Below, in pieces: positions 47,446-58,350 of a DNA stretch of 64,000 bases. Source of the DNA: Leptospira sp. (lineage in GTDB: Bacteria > Spirochaetota > Leptospiria > Leptospirales > Leptospiraceae); the NCBI GenBank assembly GCA_034439575.1, contig JAWXAQ010000012.1:32001-96000 (forward strand), in the 5' to 3' direction. The notes beneath the pieces were generated by a model, which worked only from the letters and a program-made list of their open reading frames with translations, was not told the origin of the DNA and searched no databases. The stretch's first letter is position 1; each line of letters begins with the position of its first letter. A program made the position numbers and the translations under genes.

Positions 47446-49694
47446 TATTGGAATGTGGAAATAAGTCCACTTTCAAATGATAATTGTAAATCATCAAATT
47501 TCCAATCGACTTTTCCTTCATTGAGATTCAACTCCAAAGACTTCGCTTTAGAAAATTTACCAATTTGATAAGTTTGCAGGCCTTTTGAGGCAAAGGCTGT
47601 CTTTGTTTTTTCCACAGAATTTACGTTTGTTGAAATTATAAAACTTGCACCTGTTTCACCAAATAGGAGTTTGTCTATTCTTGGGACATTATTTTGTAAA
47701 CTTGATAAATCTATGCTGATTCCCATATCGCCTTGAATGCTCATTTTTGCGAGGGCTACAAGTAGGCCACCTAGCGAAAGATCCTTAGCAGAAAGAACTA
47801 GACCTTCTTTGTGTAAGGCGAGAAGTGTATCAATCGTGTTTTTTTCATTTTGTAAATTGCAGTCGGGGATTTTCCCCGTGTCTTTTTTATGAAAAACGGA
47901 TAGGTATTCTGTGGCAGTGAGTGTAGGCATAAATGCACCCACAAGTAAAATGGCCACATCACCATGCATTTTTTTTGGATAGGTGTGCAATCCATCTTTG
48001 ACATCATCTATGACTCCCACCATACCAATGGTAGGTGTTGGATACACTGGGCCTTCAGGTGATTCGTTATAAAATGAAACATTTCCTCCGGTAATTGGTA
48101 GGCCCAAATACCTACATGCGTCTCCTAATCCTTTCACACATTCGCTGAATACATAATAATTTTCAGGGATGTATGGATTTCCAAAATTGAGGTTGTTTGT
48201 GACTCCATAAGGGCTTGCTCCCGTAGCCGCTACGTTACGCGCTGATTCGCAAACAGCATAAGCAGCTCCATTGTATGGATCTAAAAAAGTATAACGAGAG
48301 TTACAATCCGTTGCAACAGCTATCCCTTTTTTTGTTCCAGGAATTCTGACAAGTCCACCGTCTTCACCTGGTTGTACGACTTTTACAAGCCCCACTTCCG
48401 TATCATATTGTTCATAAATAGGTTTTCTAGAAGTTATATTCCATGAAGATAAAAATTGAACGAGAGTCTCTTTGATTTTATCAAAGCTTAATTGTGGAAT
48501 GGAATTTTCTTCAAAAGTTAAAACTTCATCCAGATATTTCGGTCTCTTTACTTCCCTCACATACCGCGGAGCACCACCACCTAAGACCAGGCAGTCGGCT
48601 GGTATTTCTGCTTTTAGTTTTCCACCTTTGCGGATTCTGATGATACCGTCTGCGGTAACAGTTCCAATTTCTTTTGAATGTAGTCCCCATTTTTCAAATA
48701 TAGATATCAATTCGTTTTCTTTTCCTTTTTCGGGAATCACTAACATTCGTTCTTGGGATTCGGAAAGCATGATTTCATAGGCGTTCATTTCAGATTCACG
48801 AAGAGGGACTTTGTCTAGATCTACATCCATACCAGTTTTTCCCTTGGCACTCATCTCTGAAGTAGCGCAGGAGATTCCCGCTGCTCCCATATCCTGGATC
48901 CCAACTAAGACCTTTTTTTGGATGGCTTCGAGAGATGCCTCCATAAGAAGTTTTTCCATAAATGGATCACCGACTTGGACGGCAGATTTTTTTTCTTCCG
49001 ATTCCTTTGACAAATCTTTGGATGCGAAACTGGCACCGTGGATTCCATCTCGTCCAGTTGTGGCACCGACGATATAAACTTTATTCCCCACCATTCCTTT
49101 GGTAGAGGCAGAAGCCATTTCGTCATGTTTGGCGATACCAACTGTCATCGCATTTACAAGCGGGTTTTTTGTAAAAGTCGGATGGATAAACAATTCCCCA
49201 CCACCAACCGCGATCCCAAGGGAATTTCCATAATCGCCAATACCTTTCACTGCACGTGAAAGTAGATATTTATTTCTAGGGTCAGTCGGTTCACCAAACC
49301 TGAGTGAGTTGAGTGAAGTAATCGGCCTTGCACCCATTGTGAAAATATCTCGCATGATTCCACCGACTCCAGTCGCAGCACCTTGGTAAGGTTCTACAGC
49401 AGTCGGGTGGTTATGGCTTTCAATTTTGAATACGACTGCTAAATTATCACCAATGTCCATGGCTCCAGCATTTTCTTCGCCTGCGGCCGCGAGCAATTTA
49501 TCAGATTTTGTAGGAAGTGTTTTTAACTGGAGTATGGAATTTTTATAAGAGCAATGTTCTGACCACATAGCAGAAAAAATTCCGAGTTCAGTAGAATTGG
49601 GAATACGGCCAAGAATGTTTTGAATTTGAGAAAACTCATCTTCGGTTAATCCATGTTCTTTGGCATCTGCGAGTGTTACTTGGTCTTTTTCCAT
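47445..49694 (-). CDS. purL: phosphoribosylformylglycinamidine synthase subunit PurL
   Basis: WSEHCSYK, KIESHNHP, GAATGVGG, QDMGAAG, MLSESQERM, GGNVSFYN. Confidence 0.97.
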   Translation of the reverse strand: MEKDQVTLADAKEHGLTEDEFSQIQNILGRIPNSTELGIFSAMWSEHCSYKNSILQLKTLPTKSDKLLAAAGEENAGAMDIGDNLAVVFKIESHNHPTAVEPYQGAATGVGGIMRDIFTMGARPITSLNSLRFGEPTDPRNKYLLSRAVKGIGDYGNSLGIAVGGGELFIHPTFTKNPLVNAMTVGIAKHDEMASASTKGMVGNKVYIVGATTGRDGIHGASFASKDLSKESEEKKSAVQVGDPFMEKLLMEASLEAIQKKVLVGIQDMGAAGISCATSEMSAKGKTGMDVDLDKVPLRESEMNAYEIMLSESQERMLVIPEKGKENELISIFEKWGLHSKEIGTVTADGIIRIRKGGKLKAEIPADCLVLGGGAPRYVREVKRPKYLDEVLTFEENSIPQLSFDKIKETLVQFLSSWNITSRKPIYEQYDTEVGLVKVVQPGEDGGLVRIPGTKKGIAVATDCNSRYTFLDPYNGAAYAVCESARNVAATGASPYGVTNNLNFGNPYIPENYYVFSECVKGLGDACRYLGLPITGGNVSFYNESPEGPVYPTPTIGMVGVIDDVKDGLHTYPKKMHGDVAILLVGAFMPTLTATEYLSVFHKKDTGKIPDCNLQNEKNTIDTLLALHKEGLVLSAKDLSLGGLLVALAKMSIQGDMGISIDLSSLQNNVPRIDKLLFGETGASFIISTNVNSVEKTKTAFASKGLQTYQIGKFSKAKSLELNLNEGKVDWKFDDLQLSFESGLISTFQ

Positions 49695-50186
49695 TTATAA
49701 AAAATCCTTATTTAAATTATGATAATTTCTGTTGAAATAGAGGAGGGGTTTTCCTTCACTGATTACCGCATCTTCTACAAGACCGATGACAATCCAGTGG
49801 TCTCCCGCATCGATCATTTGTGATAATGTACAATCCATGTTCACAAGGCATCCTGGAATTCTTGGAGCACCCGTAATTCCCGTTTCCGTGTTTAATTGAT
49901 TTAAAACTTCCTCTTTGTCCAGAGAACCAGAGGCAAAATCAGCGGAAATTTGTTTTTGTTCTGAGGAAAGGATATTCACAGAAAATGCATTTGAGGACTC
50001 GATTTCTTCTTTAGCCTGACTTCCTTTCGCCAAACAAAAAAGTACGAGAGGTGGATCAAGGGAAACTGAAGAAAAACTAGACACTGTGATGCCACCCGCT
50101 TTTGTTTTTGATCTATAACCGATCACTGTGATGCCACTTGCCCATAAGGAAAGAGAAGTTTTAAATAGTTGGCTGGCTACTGACAT
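49695..50186 (-). CDS. flavin reductase (DIM6/NTAB family)
   Basis: SFSSVSLDPPLV, AGDH, PLLY; RBS GGAGG before ATG 50186. Confidence 0.92.
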   Translation of the reverse strand: MSVASQLFKTSLSLWASGITVIGYRSKTKAGGITVSSFSSVSLDPPLVLFCLAKGSQAKEEIESSNAFSVNILSSEQKQISADFASGSLDKEEVLNQLNTETGITGAPRIPGCLVNMDCTLSQMIDAGDHWIVIGLVEDAVISEGKPLLYFNRNYHNLNKDFL

Positions 50187-50297
50187 GAGGCCTCCAAAGA
50201 TGATAAATATCAATGTCTAGAATCAGACTAATTATGAAAATCAAATTGACCAACATTAAAAATATTAGTCATATCATGAATGAAGGTAGATTTTTCA

Positions 50298-50666
50298 ATG
50301 AAAACACTCACGAAACACAGAGAACTCATATTCCAAGACTTGTCAGGTAGAAAAGACCACCCGACAGCAAAGATGGTATTTGAGTCCGTAAAAGGTAAAG
50401 CAGAGAGCATTAGTTTTGCCACAGTTTATAACTCTCTGGAATTTCTTGTGGATAGAGGCATGGTAAATAAACTCAATATTGAGTCAGATTCAGTCAGATA
50501 TGATGCCTTTTTGGAAAAACACTCTCATTTGATTTGTAAGTCTTGCGGTAAAGTCATGGATGTTCCTTCTTTATCTTTGAATGAGGCTGCTGTCAATTTC
50601 GAAGAACTTGGATTCAAAGTGGATCATATTGATATCACTGTGACCGGGCGCTGTTCTTCTTGCTAA
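50298..50666 (+). CDS. Fur-family (PerR-like) transcriptional regulator
   Basis: DHPTA, SFATVYNSL, RYD...HSHLICKSCG, CSSC; track start 50280. Confidence 0.9.
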   Translation: MKTLTKHRELIFQDLSGRKDHPTAKMVFESVKGKAESISFATVYNSLEFLVDRGMVNKLNIESDSVRYDAFLEKHSHLICKSCGKVMDVPSLSLNEAAVNFEELGFKVDHIDITVTGRCSSC

Positions 50667-50710
50667 TTTTTTTCTAGGACGCACGCGACCAATCAAACAA
50701 GCTTGCCCAA

Positions 50711-52465
50711 ATGGGCATCATTCACACCCTTCCCCCTGAACTTGTAAATCAAATTGCGGCAGGGGAGGTCATTGAATCCACTCACTCGATTCTGAAAGAA
50801 CTGATTGAAAATTCCCTAGACGCAAACGCGACTCAGATTGAAGTGCTGACCGAGAATGCGGGATTAAGTAAAATCATTATTTCAGACAATGGAGTCGGCA
50901 TGGTGAGAGAGGATCTCCCACTTTGCATCAAAAGATATGCCACTTCAAAAATAGAAAAATTCCAAGACCTAGAACACATATTTACCTTCGGGTTTCGAGG
51001 TGAGGCTTTGGCATCCATAGCATCTGTATCCAAACTTTCTATTTCCAGTGGTGTGGAAGGGGAGCGCGTCGCCTATTTGGTGCAAGTCGAAGATGGTAAA
51101 ATCATTTCCGAAAAAGAAGTCCCTCATTTCGTGGGAACAAAAATTGAAATCCAAGATTTATTTTATAATACTCCTGTACGCCGAAAATTTTTAAAAACGG
51201 AAATTGGTGAAGAGAAAAAAAATCGTATCCGAATGTCTGTGATGTCATTGTCAGAACCAAGTGTTGGATTTCGTTATGTCCAAAATGGTAAAGAAGTCCT
51301 AAATGTACAACCAGAAGATCCAAAAGAAAGAGTCTTATCTTTGTTTGGTGAAAATTTACGCGATCATTTACTCGAAGTGAATATCGAACGAAACGGTATC
51401 AAACTGGAAGGATGGATTTCACATCCAGATTTTTATAAATCACAAAGGACTGGACAATATTTTTTCGTCAATAAAAGAGCAGTGGAACTTAAATTTAGTT
51501 CTCAAATTTTAAAACGATGTTATGGCGAATTATTACCAAGTGGTGCTCATCCCTATGCGTTTTTATTTTTCACACTTCCATCTAACTTTGTTGATGTGAA
51601 TGTTCACCCCCAAAAAAAGGAAGTTCGCTTCCTTTCAGAGGAATTGATTTCTGGATTATTGTTCCAAGGCATACAAAATATCTTACGGTCTTCCACACCT
51701 GTAGAATTTTTGGAAATGCGTAGGCGTCTTTCTATGCCGATTCCTTACCAATCGCAAACTACCGAAGACTCAGAAAATTTGAACTTAGGCTTAAACCATA
51801 CTATACCTTTTCGAGAATCCTTTTCTTTGGATGGCGTAAGTCCTGGAATTCGTCTGGATCTGTTAAGTGATGCACCTAAAAAACACCATTCCTTTGTTCC
51901 TAAAAAACACTATGGCATTATCTTTGAGACCTTCATTCTCGCGGAAGCGGAAGATGGACTCTATATCATCGACCAACACACTGCTCATGAACGCATTCGC
52001 TATGAAGAAGTGCTTAGAGATCTGAAAGAAAAAGCCTACAAAAGCCAGCCACTCCTCAGTCCGATTCGGATCGAAATGACTAAGGAAGAAGCAGAGGAAA
52101 CGATCGCGAAAGCACCGTTGCTCGCAGAAATAGGAATTGTCATTGAGGCATTTTCTGGAGGTACAATTCTCGTTCGCGAAGTTCCGAGTTACATTGACCC
52201 TGGCAGAGAAAAGGAAACGATACTCGACTTTTTAGACAGAAAGAAATCTGGAGGGACTGATACAAGAGAGATGTTTGATGAAATGGCCAAATGTGTGGCT
52301 TGCCGCAGTGCCGTCAAAAAAGGAGACATGGTCTCAGATGCCATCATTGCCGAATTATTGCAAAGACTCTCTTATTGTGAAAACCCGTCCCTTTGTCCAC
52401 ATGGACGCCCAACTTTGATTAAACTTTCTAGAAATGATTTAGAAAAAATGTTCCACCGAATCTGA
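50711..52465 (+). CDS. mutL: DNA mismatch repair endonuclease MutL
   Basis: [39 protein letters not shown]. Confidence 0.97.
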   Translation: MGIIHTLPPELVNQIAAGEVIESTHSILKELIENSLDANATQIEVLTENAGLSKIIISDNGVGMVREDLPLCIKRYATSKIEKFQDLEHIFTFGFRGEALASIASVSKLSISSGVEGERVAYLVQVEDGKIISEKEVPHFVGTKIEIQDLFYNTPVRRKFLKTEIGEEKKNRIRMSVMSLSEPSVGFRYVQNGKEVLNVQPEDPKERVLSLFGENLRDHLLEVNIERNGIKLEGWISHPDFYKSQRTGQYFFVNKRAVELKFSSQILKRCYGELLPSGAHPYAFLFFTLPSNFVDVNVHPQKKEVRFLSEELISGLLFQGIQNILRSSTPVEFLEMRRRLSMPIPYQSQTTEDSENLNLGLNHTIPFRESFSLDGVSPGIRLDLLSDAPKKHHSFVPKKHYGIIFETFILAEAEDGLYIIDQHTAHERIRYEEVLRDLKEKAYKSQPLLSPIRIEMTKEEAEETIAKAPLLAEIGIVIEAFSGGTILVREVPSYIDPGREKETILDFLDRKKSGGTDTREMFDEMAKCVACRSAVKKGDMVSDAIIAELLQRLSYCENPSLCPHGRPTLIKLSRNDLEKMFHRI

Positions 52466-52511
52466 ACCGAAAAACATTGAATTTTTGTAAGGGAAAAGGA
52501 ACCTTGCCCTG

Positions 52512-53117
52512 ATGCCACGTCCACTTGAAGGCAAAAATATGACGATGCGGGATAAGGAAAAAATCCTTCTCCAAAAAATCAAGTCTGGTGACCAAACCGC
52601 ATATATGACTCTCGTTTCTCCCTTCCGGGAACGATTGTTTCGAAAGGCTGTGTCTATGGTGAAAGATGCCGATGATGCCGAAGACATAGTACAGGACGCA
52701 CTTATTTCAGGCTACAAATCCATACAAAACTTTCGAGCTGAAGCCGGTGTTTACACTTGGCTATACCGTATTGTCGTAAATAAAGCAAAAGACCTTCTCT
52801 CTAAGAAAAAGAGAGGTAGGGAAAAGCCTATGGATGATACGGGTGACAACCAATTTGTAGACGAAAGGGAAGGGTATGAAAAAAAACTCGAACTTTCTGA
52901 AGAGTCCCTCTATCTAATGGATAAGATTGCTTTGTTAGAGGAATCCTACAAACAAGTTTTAGAACTTCGGTATTTCGAAAATCTATCGTATAACGAAATT
53001 GCGGAGATCATGGAATGCAATGTAGGAACCGTAAAGAGTCGACTTTTTAAAGCAAAGGAGTTTTTGAAACACCTCATCCTCAAAGACGAAAAGGGCGAAG
53101 GTTTTTTCGAAAAATAG
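52512..53117 (+). CDS. ECF RNA polymerase sigma factor
   Basis: DAEDIVQDAL, TWLYRIVVN, LSYNEIAE...GTVKSRL. Confidence 0.93.
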   Translation: MPRPLEGKNMTMRDKEKILLQKIKSGDQTAYMTLVSPFRERLFRKAVSMVKDADDAEDIVQDALISGYKSIQNFRAEAGVYTWLYRIVVNKAKDLLSKKKRGREKPMDDTGDNQFVDEREGYEKKLELSEESLYLMDKIALLEESYKQVLELRYFENLSYNEIAEIMECNVGTVKSRLFKAKEFLKHLILKDEKGEGFFEK

Positions 53118-53122
53118 AAATC

Positions 53123-53671
53123 ATGAATATCATCACTTGGCTACAAGCACGTTACCCAGAATTGTTTTCCGAATCAAAGGAAAACGTAAAGTTAGAAAAT
53201 TCGATTTGTTGTATGTTTAGCGAAAAACGAAAGCAAGAAGAAACCATAATGCCTCGTCTTTCCGAAGATTTTGACAAACGCCTCTTCAACTTATTACAAA
53301 ATGAAAAAATAAATCCTAGTCCTGAAAGGGAATCAATCCTTAGAAATCTTTTCGAAAATAGAAACATACAATATTCATTCTCTGCTGTTATGATTCTCAG
53401 CTTAACTTTTGTTATGGTGAGTCGTTATTCAAAAAATGAATCCACTTTACCTGAGTCAGCGGGCGTTGTGCTTGAAAATTCATCTTATTTGAATGAACCT
53501 ACGAGCATTGACCTTAGTGAAAGTTACCAAAGAAAAATTTTAGTGGATCATATACGCAAAGAACCTGCTTCCATCCAAGGCCTAAAGGAACTCGAGACGT
53601 ATTATCACAAAACAGGTAGAGAAAGTGCCGCTGATGAAGTGCATTTTCTGATCAATGCCGCAGAAAACTAA
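53123..53671 (+). CDS. single-TM protein, putative anti-sigma factor
   Basis: 5 bp downstream of the ECF sigma; PRLSEDFDKRL segment and one TM helix. Function inferred from context. Confidence 0.6.
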   Translation: MNIITWLQARYPELFSESKENVKLENSICCMFSEKRKQEETIMPRLSEDFDKRLFNLLQNEKINPSPERESILRNLFENRNIQYSFSAVMILSLTFVMVSRYSKNESTLPESAGVVLENSSYLNEPTSIDLSESYQRKILVDHIRKEPASIQGLKELETYYHKTGRESAADEVHFLINAAEN

Positions 53672-54555
53672 ATTTTAGCTAAAATTTCTTTTGCAGTCAG
53701 TATGGCATCTCGGAATACGTTTTGAGGTGCCATTTCTATAATTGCGTAAGCGTATTGTTGCACTCTGCACTGAACTTTAAATACATTACCATTCCCTTTT
53801 TGATACGCCTCATATAATCGAATCATTTCCTTTAACCAAAGGTTCACTTCTTCTACTTGGGCCTTGGTTTCACAGGCAAAGATCCGGTAAGACCAAGCGA
53901 GAACGGGAACGTATTCACAAATATCTTCATCTTTCACTTGATCTTTTGCTTCTTCAATCAGTCGCCGTAGAGGTGGGTATTGGACAATTTCGTAAGGAAA
54001 GTGAGTTGGCTCTTCTAAAAATGCGTGTAGATAATGAATTTTTCCTTCTTTTTCACGCCCAGTCATACAATATGCTTCCGCTAAATAAAACTTGAGTTTG
54101 GTTGCGATTCTTTGCTTAGAATCGGAGTAGGGAAGAATCTCTAAGGCAGTTTTGTAATCTCCGATTTTAATCAGACAAATGGCAAGATCCGACATGGCAT
54201 CTGCATCTAAGGCATTCGCACCTTCCCATCGATAAGCTAATTTTAAATGATTTGAGGCTTCTTCTAGAATGCATCTAAGGCAAGTCGCATAGGCAATGGT
54301 GAGATGGATGTTTCTTTTTTTTGATTCTAATTCAAAAAGGGAAAAGTAATCAAGTAGGAGTTTTCCTCTTTCTTTGCCTTCCCTAGTTCGTAAAACAAGA
54401 TCTAGACGATTGTCCCAAAAACTCGCGACAAAATAACCGCTGATATAGTCTAGATCCTCCGGTTCTTTGTCCAATAAAACTGAATATAAAGACTTTGCTT
54501 TTTCAAATTCTCCTACAGCAAGTGATTGGAGAGCATCATCAGATTTATGAAACAT
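53668..54555 (-). CDS. TPR-like hypothetical protein
   Basis: Helical repeats (LAVGEFEKA, LIKIGDYKTA, LAEAYCMTG). Confidence 0.65.
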   Translation of the reverse strand: MFHKSDDALQSLAVGEFEKAKSLYSVLLDKEPEDLDYISGYFVASFWDNRLDLVLRTREGKERGKLLLDYFSLFELESKKRNIHLTIAYATCLRCILEEASNHLKLAYRWEGANALDADAMSDLAICLIKIGDYKTALEILPYSDSKQRIATKLKFYLAEAYCMTGREKEGKIHYLHAFLEEPTHFPYEIVQYPPLRRLIEEAKDQVKDEDICEYVPVLAWSYRIFACETKAQVEEVNLWLKEMIRLYEAYQKGNGNVFKVQCRVQQYAYAIIEMAPQNVFRDAILTAKEILAKI

Positions 54556-54577
54556 AACCGGAGAACTTTTAATTTAT

Positions 54578-54865
54578 CTAATGGTGACTTTTTTTATCAT
54601 GCAGTTTACTAACTTGAGAAATGATTTTATCTTCAAGTCCATCTACACAAACATAGACATCCTTATTTTGATTATGAGCATTGAAATGATTTCCATCTGC
54701 ATTTAGGTTGAGATTTGCATGAATTTCTCCGTGTATGCTCTCGAATGATACATCACAAGTGATTACTTTTTGCACAAACTTTGTAACGCGTTCTAATTTC
54801 TCATTGCAATAGGTTTCTGCCGCTTCGGATCGATCTAAATGTTTCCAAGTGTATTTTATTTTCAT
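54578..54865 (-). CDS. hpf: ribosome hibernation promoting factor (HPF/RaiA)
   Basis: MKIKYTWKHLDRSEAAETY..EKL...DVYVCVD...DKI..Q..K; RBS AAAGGA. Confidence 0.88.
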   Translation of the reverse strand: MKIKYTWKHLDRSEAAETYCNEKLERVTKFVQKVITCDVSFESIHGEIHANLNLNADGNHFNAHNQNKDVYVCVDGLEDKIISQVSKLHDKKSHH

Positions 54866-54882
54866 AATGTCCTTTCTAAGAG

Positions 54883-54910
54883 ATAATATTAATAAAAAAA
54901 ATCGAGTCAA
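54883..54910 (-). promoter_or_regulatory. sigma70-type promoter of hpf
   Basis: Minus strand TTGACT-16 bp-TATTAT. Confidence 0.45.
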
Positions 54911-54992
54911 ATAAAAAAGAATTGAAGGAGCTTATTACCTAGATCATGACTAAAGGGTGTATTCGCATATTTCATGCTAGGATTTAAAACTT

Positions 54993-55685
54993 ATGGCCGA
55001 AGAAGATTCAAAAAAAGCATCTGCAAAAAAAAAGACCCTTGCGCCTAAAGCTCCAGCAAAGAAAAAGGCGATCGCAAAGGTCGATGAATTAGCCATTACA
55101 AAGCCTATTAAAATCTTCGAAGATCCTAAATTTACTAAACCTGCACATTCAACCGATCGTGATATTGTAAAGATTCTAGCTCGCAATCCACTAGAAGCCT
55201 TCGTATTTTGGAAGGTTCATCCCGAACACTTTGACCAATTGGTAAAAGACTTTTCAGCAGGTCATACATCCGAAATTCAACTCAAACTTAAGTTAGAGTA
55301 TATAAATCATGCGGGGAAACCAGAAACGTCTTGGTATGATTTAGCTCCCATGACAAAGTCATATTTTTGCAAATTTCCAGGACCTGTCAGCCAAATGCGC
55401 GCTTATCTTTATGCGAACCACTTTGGAAATTTAAAATTATTTTTGGAAACGGGGGACGGGGATCTTCCGCCTGGGATCGAATCATATCAGTTAGATGGAG
55501 ATTGGATTCATCCTAAATGGATAGAAGACGGACTGGTGGTACAAAGTAAAAAAGGGGAGTGGCTTTTTTCCGATTCAATGGATCATACCGAGAGAGTATG
55601 GAACGATTTAGAAAACCAAAAACTAAGTTATAACGGATCATCAAATCCTAGTTCTCATTCTTCCTCTAAGGCTACTCGTAAATGA
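54993..55685 (+). CDS. DUF4912-like protein
   Basis: ILARNPLEAFVFW motif; Lys/Ala-rich N-terminus; Ser-rich tail; ATGA-coupled to GH57. Confidence 0.75.
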   Translation: MAEEDSKKASAKKKTLAPKAPAKKKAIAKVDELAITKPIKIFEDPKFTKPAHSTDRDIVKILARNPLEAFVFWKVHPEHFDQLVKDFSAGHTSEIQLKLKLEYINHAGKPETSWYDLAPMTKSYFCKFPGPVSQMRAYLYANHFGNLKLFLETGDGDLPPGIESYQLDGDWIHPKWIEDGLVVQSKKGEWLFSDSMDHTERVWNDLENQKLSYNGSSNPSSHSSSKATRK

Positions 55686-57271
55686 AAGACACTCGCGGTT
55701 ATCTCGTTTTTATGTTACACGCCCATTTGCCCTTTGTAAGGCATCCGGGATATGATAAACCTTTTATCGAAGAAAATTGGTTAAACGAAGCTATCTTAGA
55801 AACATACATTCCTCTCATTCGTGTATTTAAGAATTTAAAAGCGGAAAATGTTCCTTTTAAAATCACAATGTCTTTTACTCCTTCTTTATCATCAATGTTA
55901 GTTGATAATTATTTACAGGAAAAATTTCGAACCTATATCAATAACCTGATTTTACTGGCAAAACAAGAAACCAAACGCACAGACTTTGACCCGCATTTAA
56001 ATTATCTTTCACATAAATACTTGGCTCACTTCGAAAGTACAAAGGATATATTTGAAGAAACTGGTGGGGATCTCACAAAACAATTGATTCCCTTTTTGGA
56101 ATCTGGAAATCTAGAGATCATCACGAGTCCCGCAACACATGGATTTTTGCCTTTTTATGAATCCGAACCAAGTATAGTTCGTTCTCAACTAAGAAATGGT
56201 AGGCGGACTTTTCGGCGCATTTGGGGAAGAGATCCAAAAGGCATTTGGTTATCTGAATCAGGATTTTTTCCTGGTCTGGAAGACGCCTTGGATGCAGAAG
56301 GGTTTCGTTATTTTTTTGTGGATACTCACGGAGTGACACATTCAGAACCTAGACCCAAGTTTGGAGTCTATGCGCCTGTCGAAGTAGGACATGGCATATT
56401 CGCTTTCGGTCGTGATCCAGAAAGTTCAAGGCAAGTCTGGAGTTCTATTGATGGTTACCCAGGTGACTTTCGTTATCGGGAATATTACCGTGATATCGGT
56501 CATGATTTAGAATATGATTATATCAAAGAATTTTTAAATTCCAATGGCATTCGTATCAATACAGGAATGAAATACCATCGTATAACGGGTCGCTCATCTT
56601 ATAAAGAATACTATCAACCTGATTGGGCAATGGAAGCTTGTGGCCAACATGCCGATGATTTTTTAAAGAATCGCATCCGCCAAGCAGAGTGGTTATACGC
56701 ACAAAACAAACAAGCTGGAGTGATTGTATCTCCATATGACGCAGAGTTATATGGACATTGGTGGTATGAGGGTCCTCAGTTCATTGAATTTTTATTTAAA
56801 AAAATCCATTATGACCAAACAACAATTCAATTAGCACATCCCTTAGAAGTCATACGACTTCTCCCGCGCATTCAATCGGTAAAGATGAAGATGTCTAGTT
56901 GGGGCGAAGATGGTTATGGGGATGTCTGGCTCAATGCAACTAATGATTGGATTTATGAGCACATATTTACACTTTCTATAGAAATGCAGGAATTAGCCCA
57001 TAAGTACAAGGATGAAAAAGATCCATTGATACAGAGAGTTTTGAAACAAATGGGAAGGGAATTATTACTCCTTCAAAGTTCAGATTGGGCGTTCATTATG
57101 AAAACAGGAACCATGGTGGATTATGCTGTCCGCAGAACTAACGTTCATACAAATGTTTTTATGCATTTAAAAGAAATGTTGGTAAATGGGAAAATTAGTG
57201 AAGAAGAATTACTCGCGATTGAGACAGAAAATAATATTTTTCCAGACATTCAATTAGCAGATTTTGCCTAA
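55682..57271 (+). CDS. GH57 1,4-alpha-glucan branching enzyme (DUF1957)
   Basis: LHAHLPFVRH, EAILETYIPL, GIWLSE, PYDAELYGHWWYEG, QSSDWAFI. Confidence 0.93.
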   Translation: MKDTRGYLVFMLHAHLPFVRHPGYDKPFIEENWLNEAILETYIPLIRVFKNLKAENVPFKITMSFTPSLSSMLVDNYLQEKFRTYINNLILLAKQETKRTDFDPHLNYLSHKYLAHFESTKDIFEETGGDLTKQLIPFLESGNLEIITSPATHGFLPFYESEPSIVRSQLRNGRRTFRRIWGRDPKGIWLSESGFFPGLEDALDAEGFRYFFVDTHGVTHSEPRPKFGVYAPVEVGHGIFAFGRDPESSRQVWSSIDGYPGDFRYREYYRDIGHDLEYDYIKEFLNSNGIRINTGMKYHRITGRSSYKEYYQPDWAMEACGQHADDFLKNRIRQAEWLYAQNKQAGVIVSPYDAELYGHWWYEGPQFIEFLFKKIHYDQTTIQLAHPLEVIRLLPRIQSVKMKMSSWGEDGYGDVWLNATNDWIYEHIFTLSIEMQELAHKYKDEKDPLIQRVLKQMGRELLLLQSSDWAFIMKTGTMVDYAVRRTNVHTNVFMHLKEMLVNGKISEEELLAIETENNIFPDIQLADFA

Positions 57272-57348
57272 TTTAGAATAATTCTAATTTTATTCTCTTG
57301 CTAAATTTCTTTGGCTTTTGGAATCTGGTACTGACAGGGAGGAATTCC

Positions 57349-57558
57349 ATGAAATTGTTTTTTAGTTTTCCTTATGTGCTCGTGCTCTCTTTACTCGTGA
57401 TTAATTTTTGGGTTTGTAGTTTTGCCCATAGAGAAAAAACAGAAGGCCCTTTTCGCTTGGGAGAATCTATCATTCGCTATGGAGAAGAACTAGAGCGAAA
57501 TGAAAAATCTAGCCCCATTATATTTGGCCAATCGGATACAAGCGGAACCCTTCTTTAA
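57349..57558 (+). CDS. small exported/membrane hypothetical protein
   Basis: Strong RBS GGGAGG before ATG 57349; hydrophobic N-terminus. Confidence 0.55.
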   Translation: MKLFFSFPYVLVLSLLVINFWVCSFAHREKTEGPFRLGESIIRYGEELERNEKSSPIIFGQSDTSGTLL

Positions 57559-57620
57559 ACAAAGACCTTAAATTGTAGTTGGGTTCCCTTAAGAGTTATA
57601 TTTGTCTAGGGACAATTCTT

Positions 57621-58094
57621 TTACTTCGGTTTGAAGTCCACATTGTCCCAATAGTCATTGCCATAATCAAAAAATATTTCTTCACCTTCGTTTATCTTTT
57701 TTAATACTTTGAATCTTGCTGTCTTCCATCTGACGGAAGTTACAAGTTCAGCATTTGGTTTTTCTGAATGATTGATAAAACGTGTATAATTTGATTCTTT
57801 TCCTTCACCATAAATCCACCAATCTTTGCAGATCCATAATAAATATTTAGAATCAACATATTTTGGAGACTCAGCATCCTCATCAGTTATGATGCGGCCC
57901 ATATAATATCCAACTGTATCGCCCTTATATAATGTTTGTTTTGTGAAAAGACCCATCCCGATTCCCGGTATAGAAGAGGGTTTTACTATGAAATCTTTTT
58001 CTGAATAGATGACTGGTTTTCTTTTTATTACCTTCTTCTTATTCTTTTTTTTAGGGCTAACTTTCTTCTTTTTCATGCGTATAGGACATAACAT
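57621..58094 (-). CDS. SET-domain lysine methyltransferase
   Basis: [24 protein letters not shown]; Lys-rich N-terminus. Confidence 0.92.
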   Translation of the reverse strand: MLCPIRMKKKKVSPKKKNKKKVIKRKPVIYSEKDFIVKPSSIPGIGMGLFTKQTLYKGDTVGYYMGRIITDEDAESPKYVDSKYLLWICKDWWIYGEGKESNYTRFINHSEKPNAELVTSVRWKTARFKVLKKINEGEEIFFDYGNDYWDNVDFKPK

Positions 58095-58176
58095 GGAACC
58101 ATTTCTAGTTTGTAAAGCGATTGAGATTTAAGATTGATATGCAAGCGAACCGATCTTTGCCTTTAGAGGATCATTT

Positions 58177-58326
58177 ATGTTACAAAGTTCAAATTCAGCG
58201 GCCGTGAAAAGTAATGTGATTAATTTAGCTTTGTATCGTGCAAAAAAGGCTCTCGAAAAAGACGGATTCGAAGTAGTAGAAGACCGAGAAGGAAAAATTG
58301 CACTCGTCATTCGTCTTGCGAAATAA
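58177..58326 (+). CDS. 49-aa small protein (below the ORF-track cut-off)
   Basis: RBS AGAGGA; MLQSSNSAAVKSNVINLALYRAKKALEKDGFEVVEDREGKIALVIRLAK*; fills the gap before ribH. Confidence 0.65.
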   Translation: MLQSSNSAAVKSNVINLALYRAKKALEKDGFEVVEDREGKIALVIRLAK

Positions 58327-58350
58327 GATAGCTCTAGGAAAGTGGAAATC

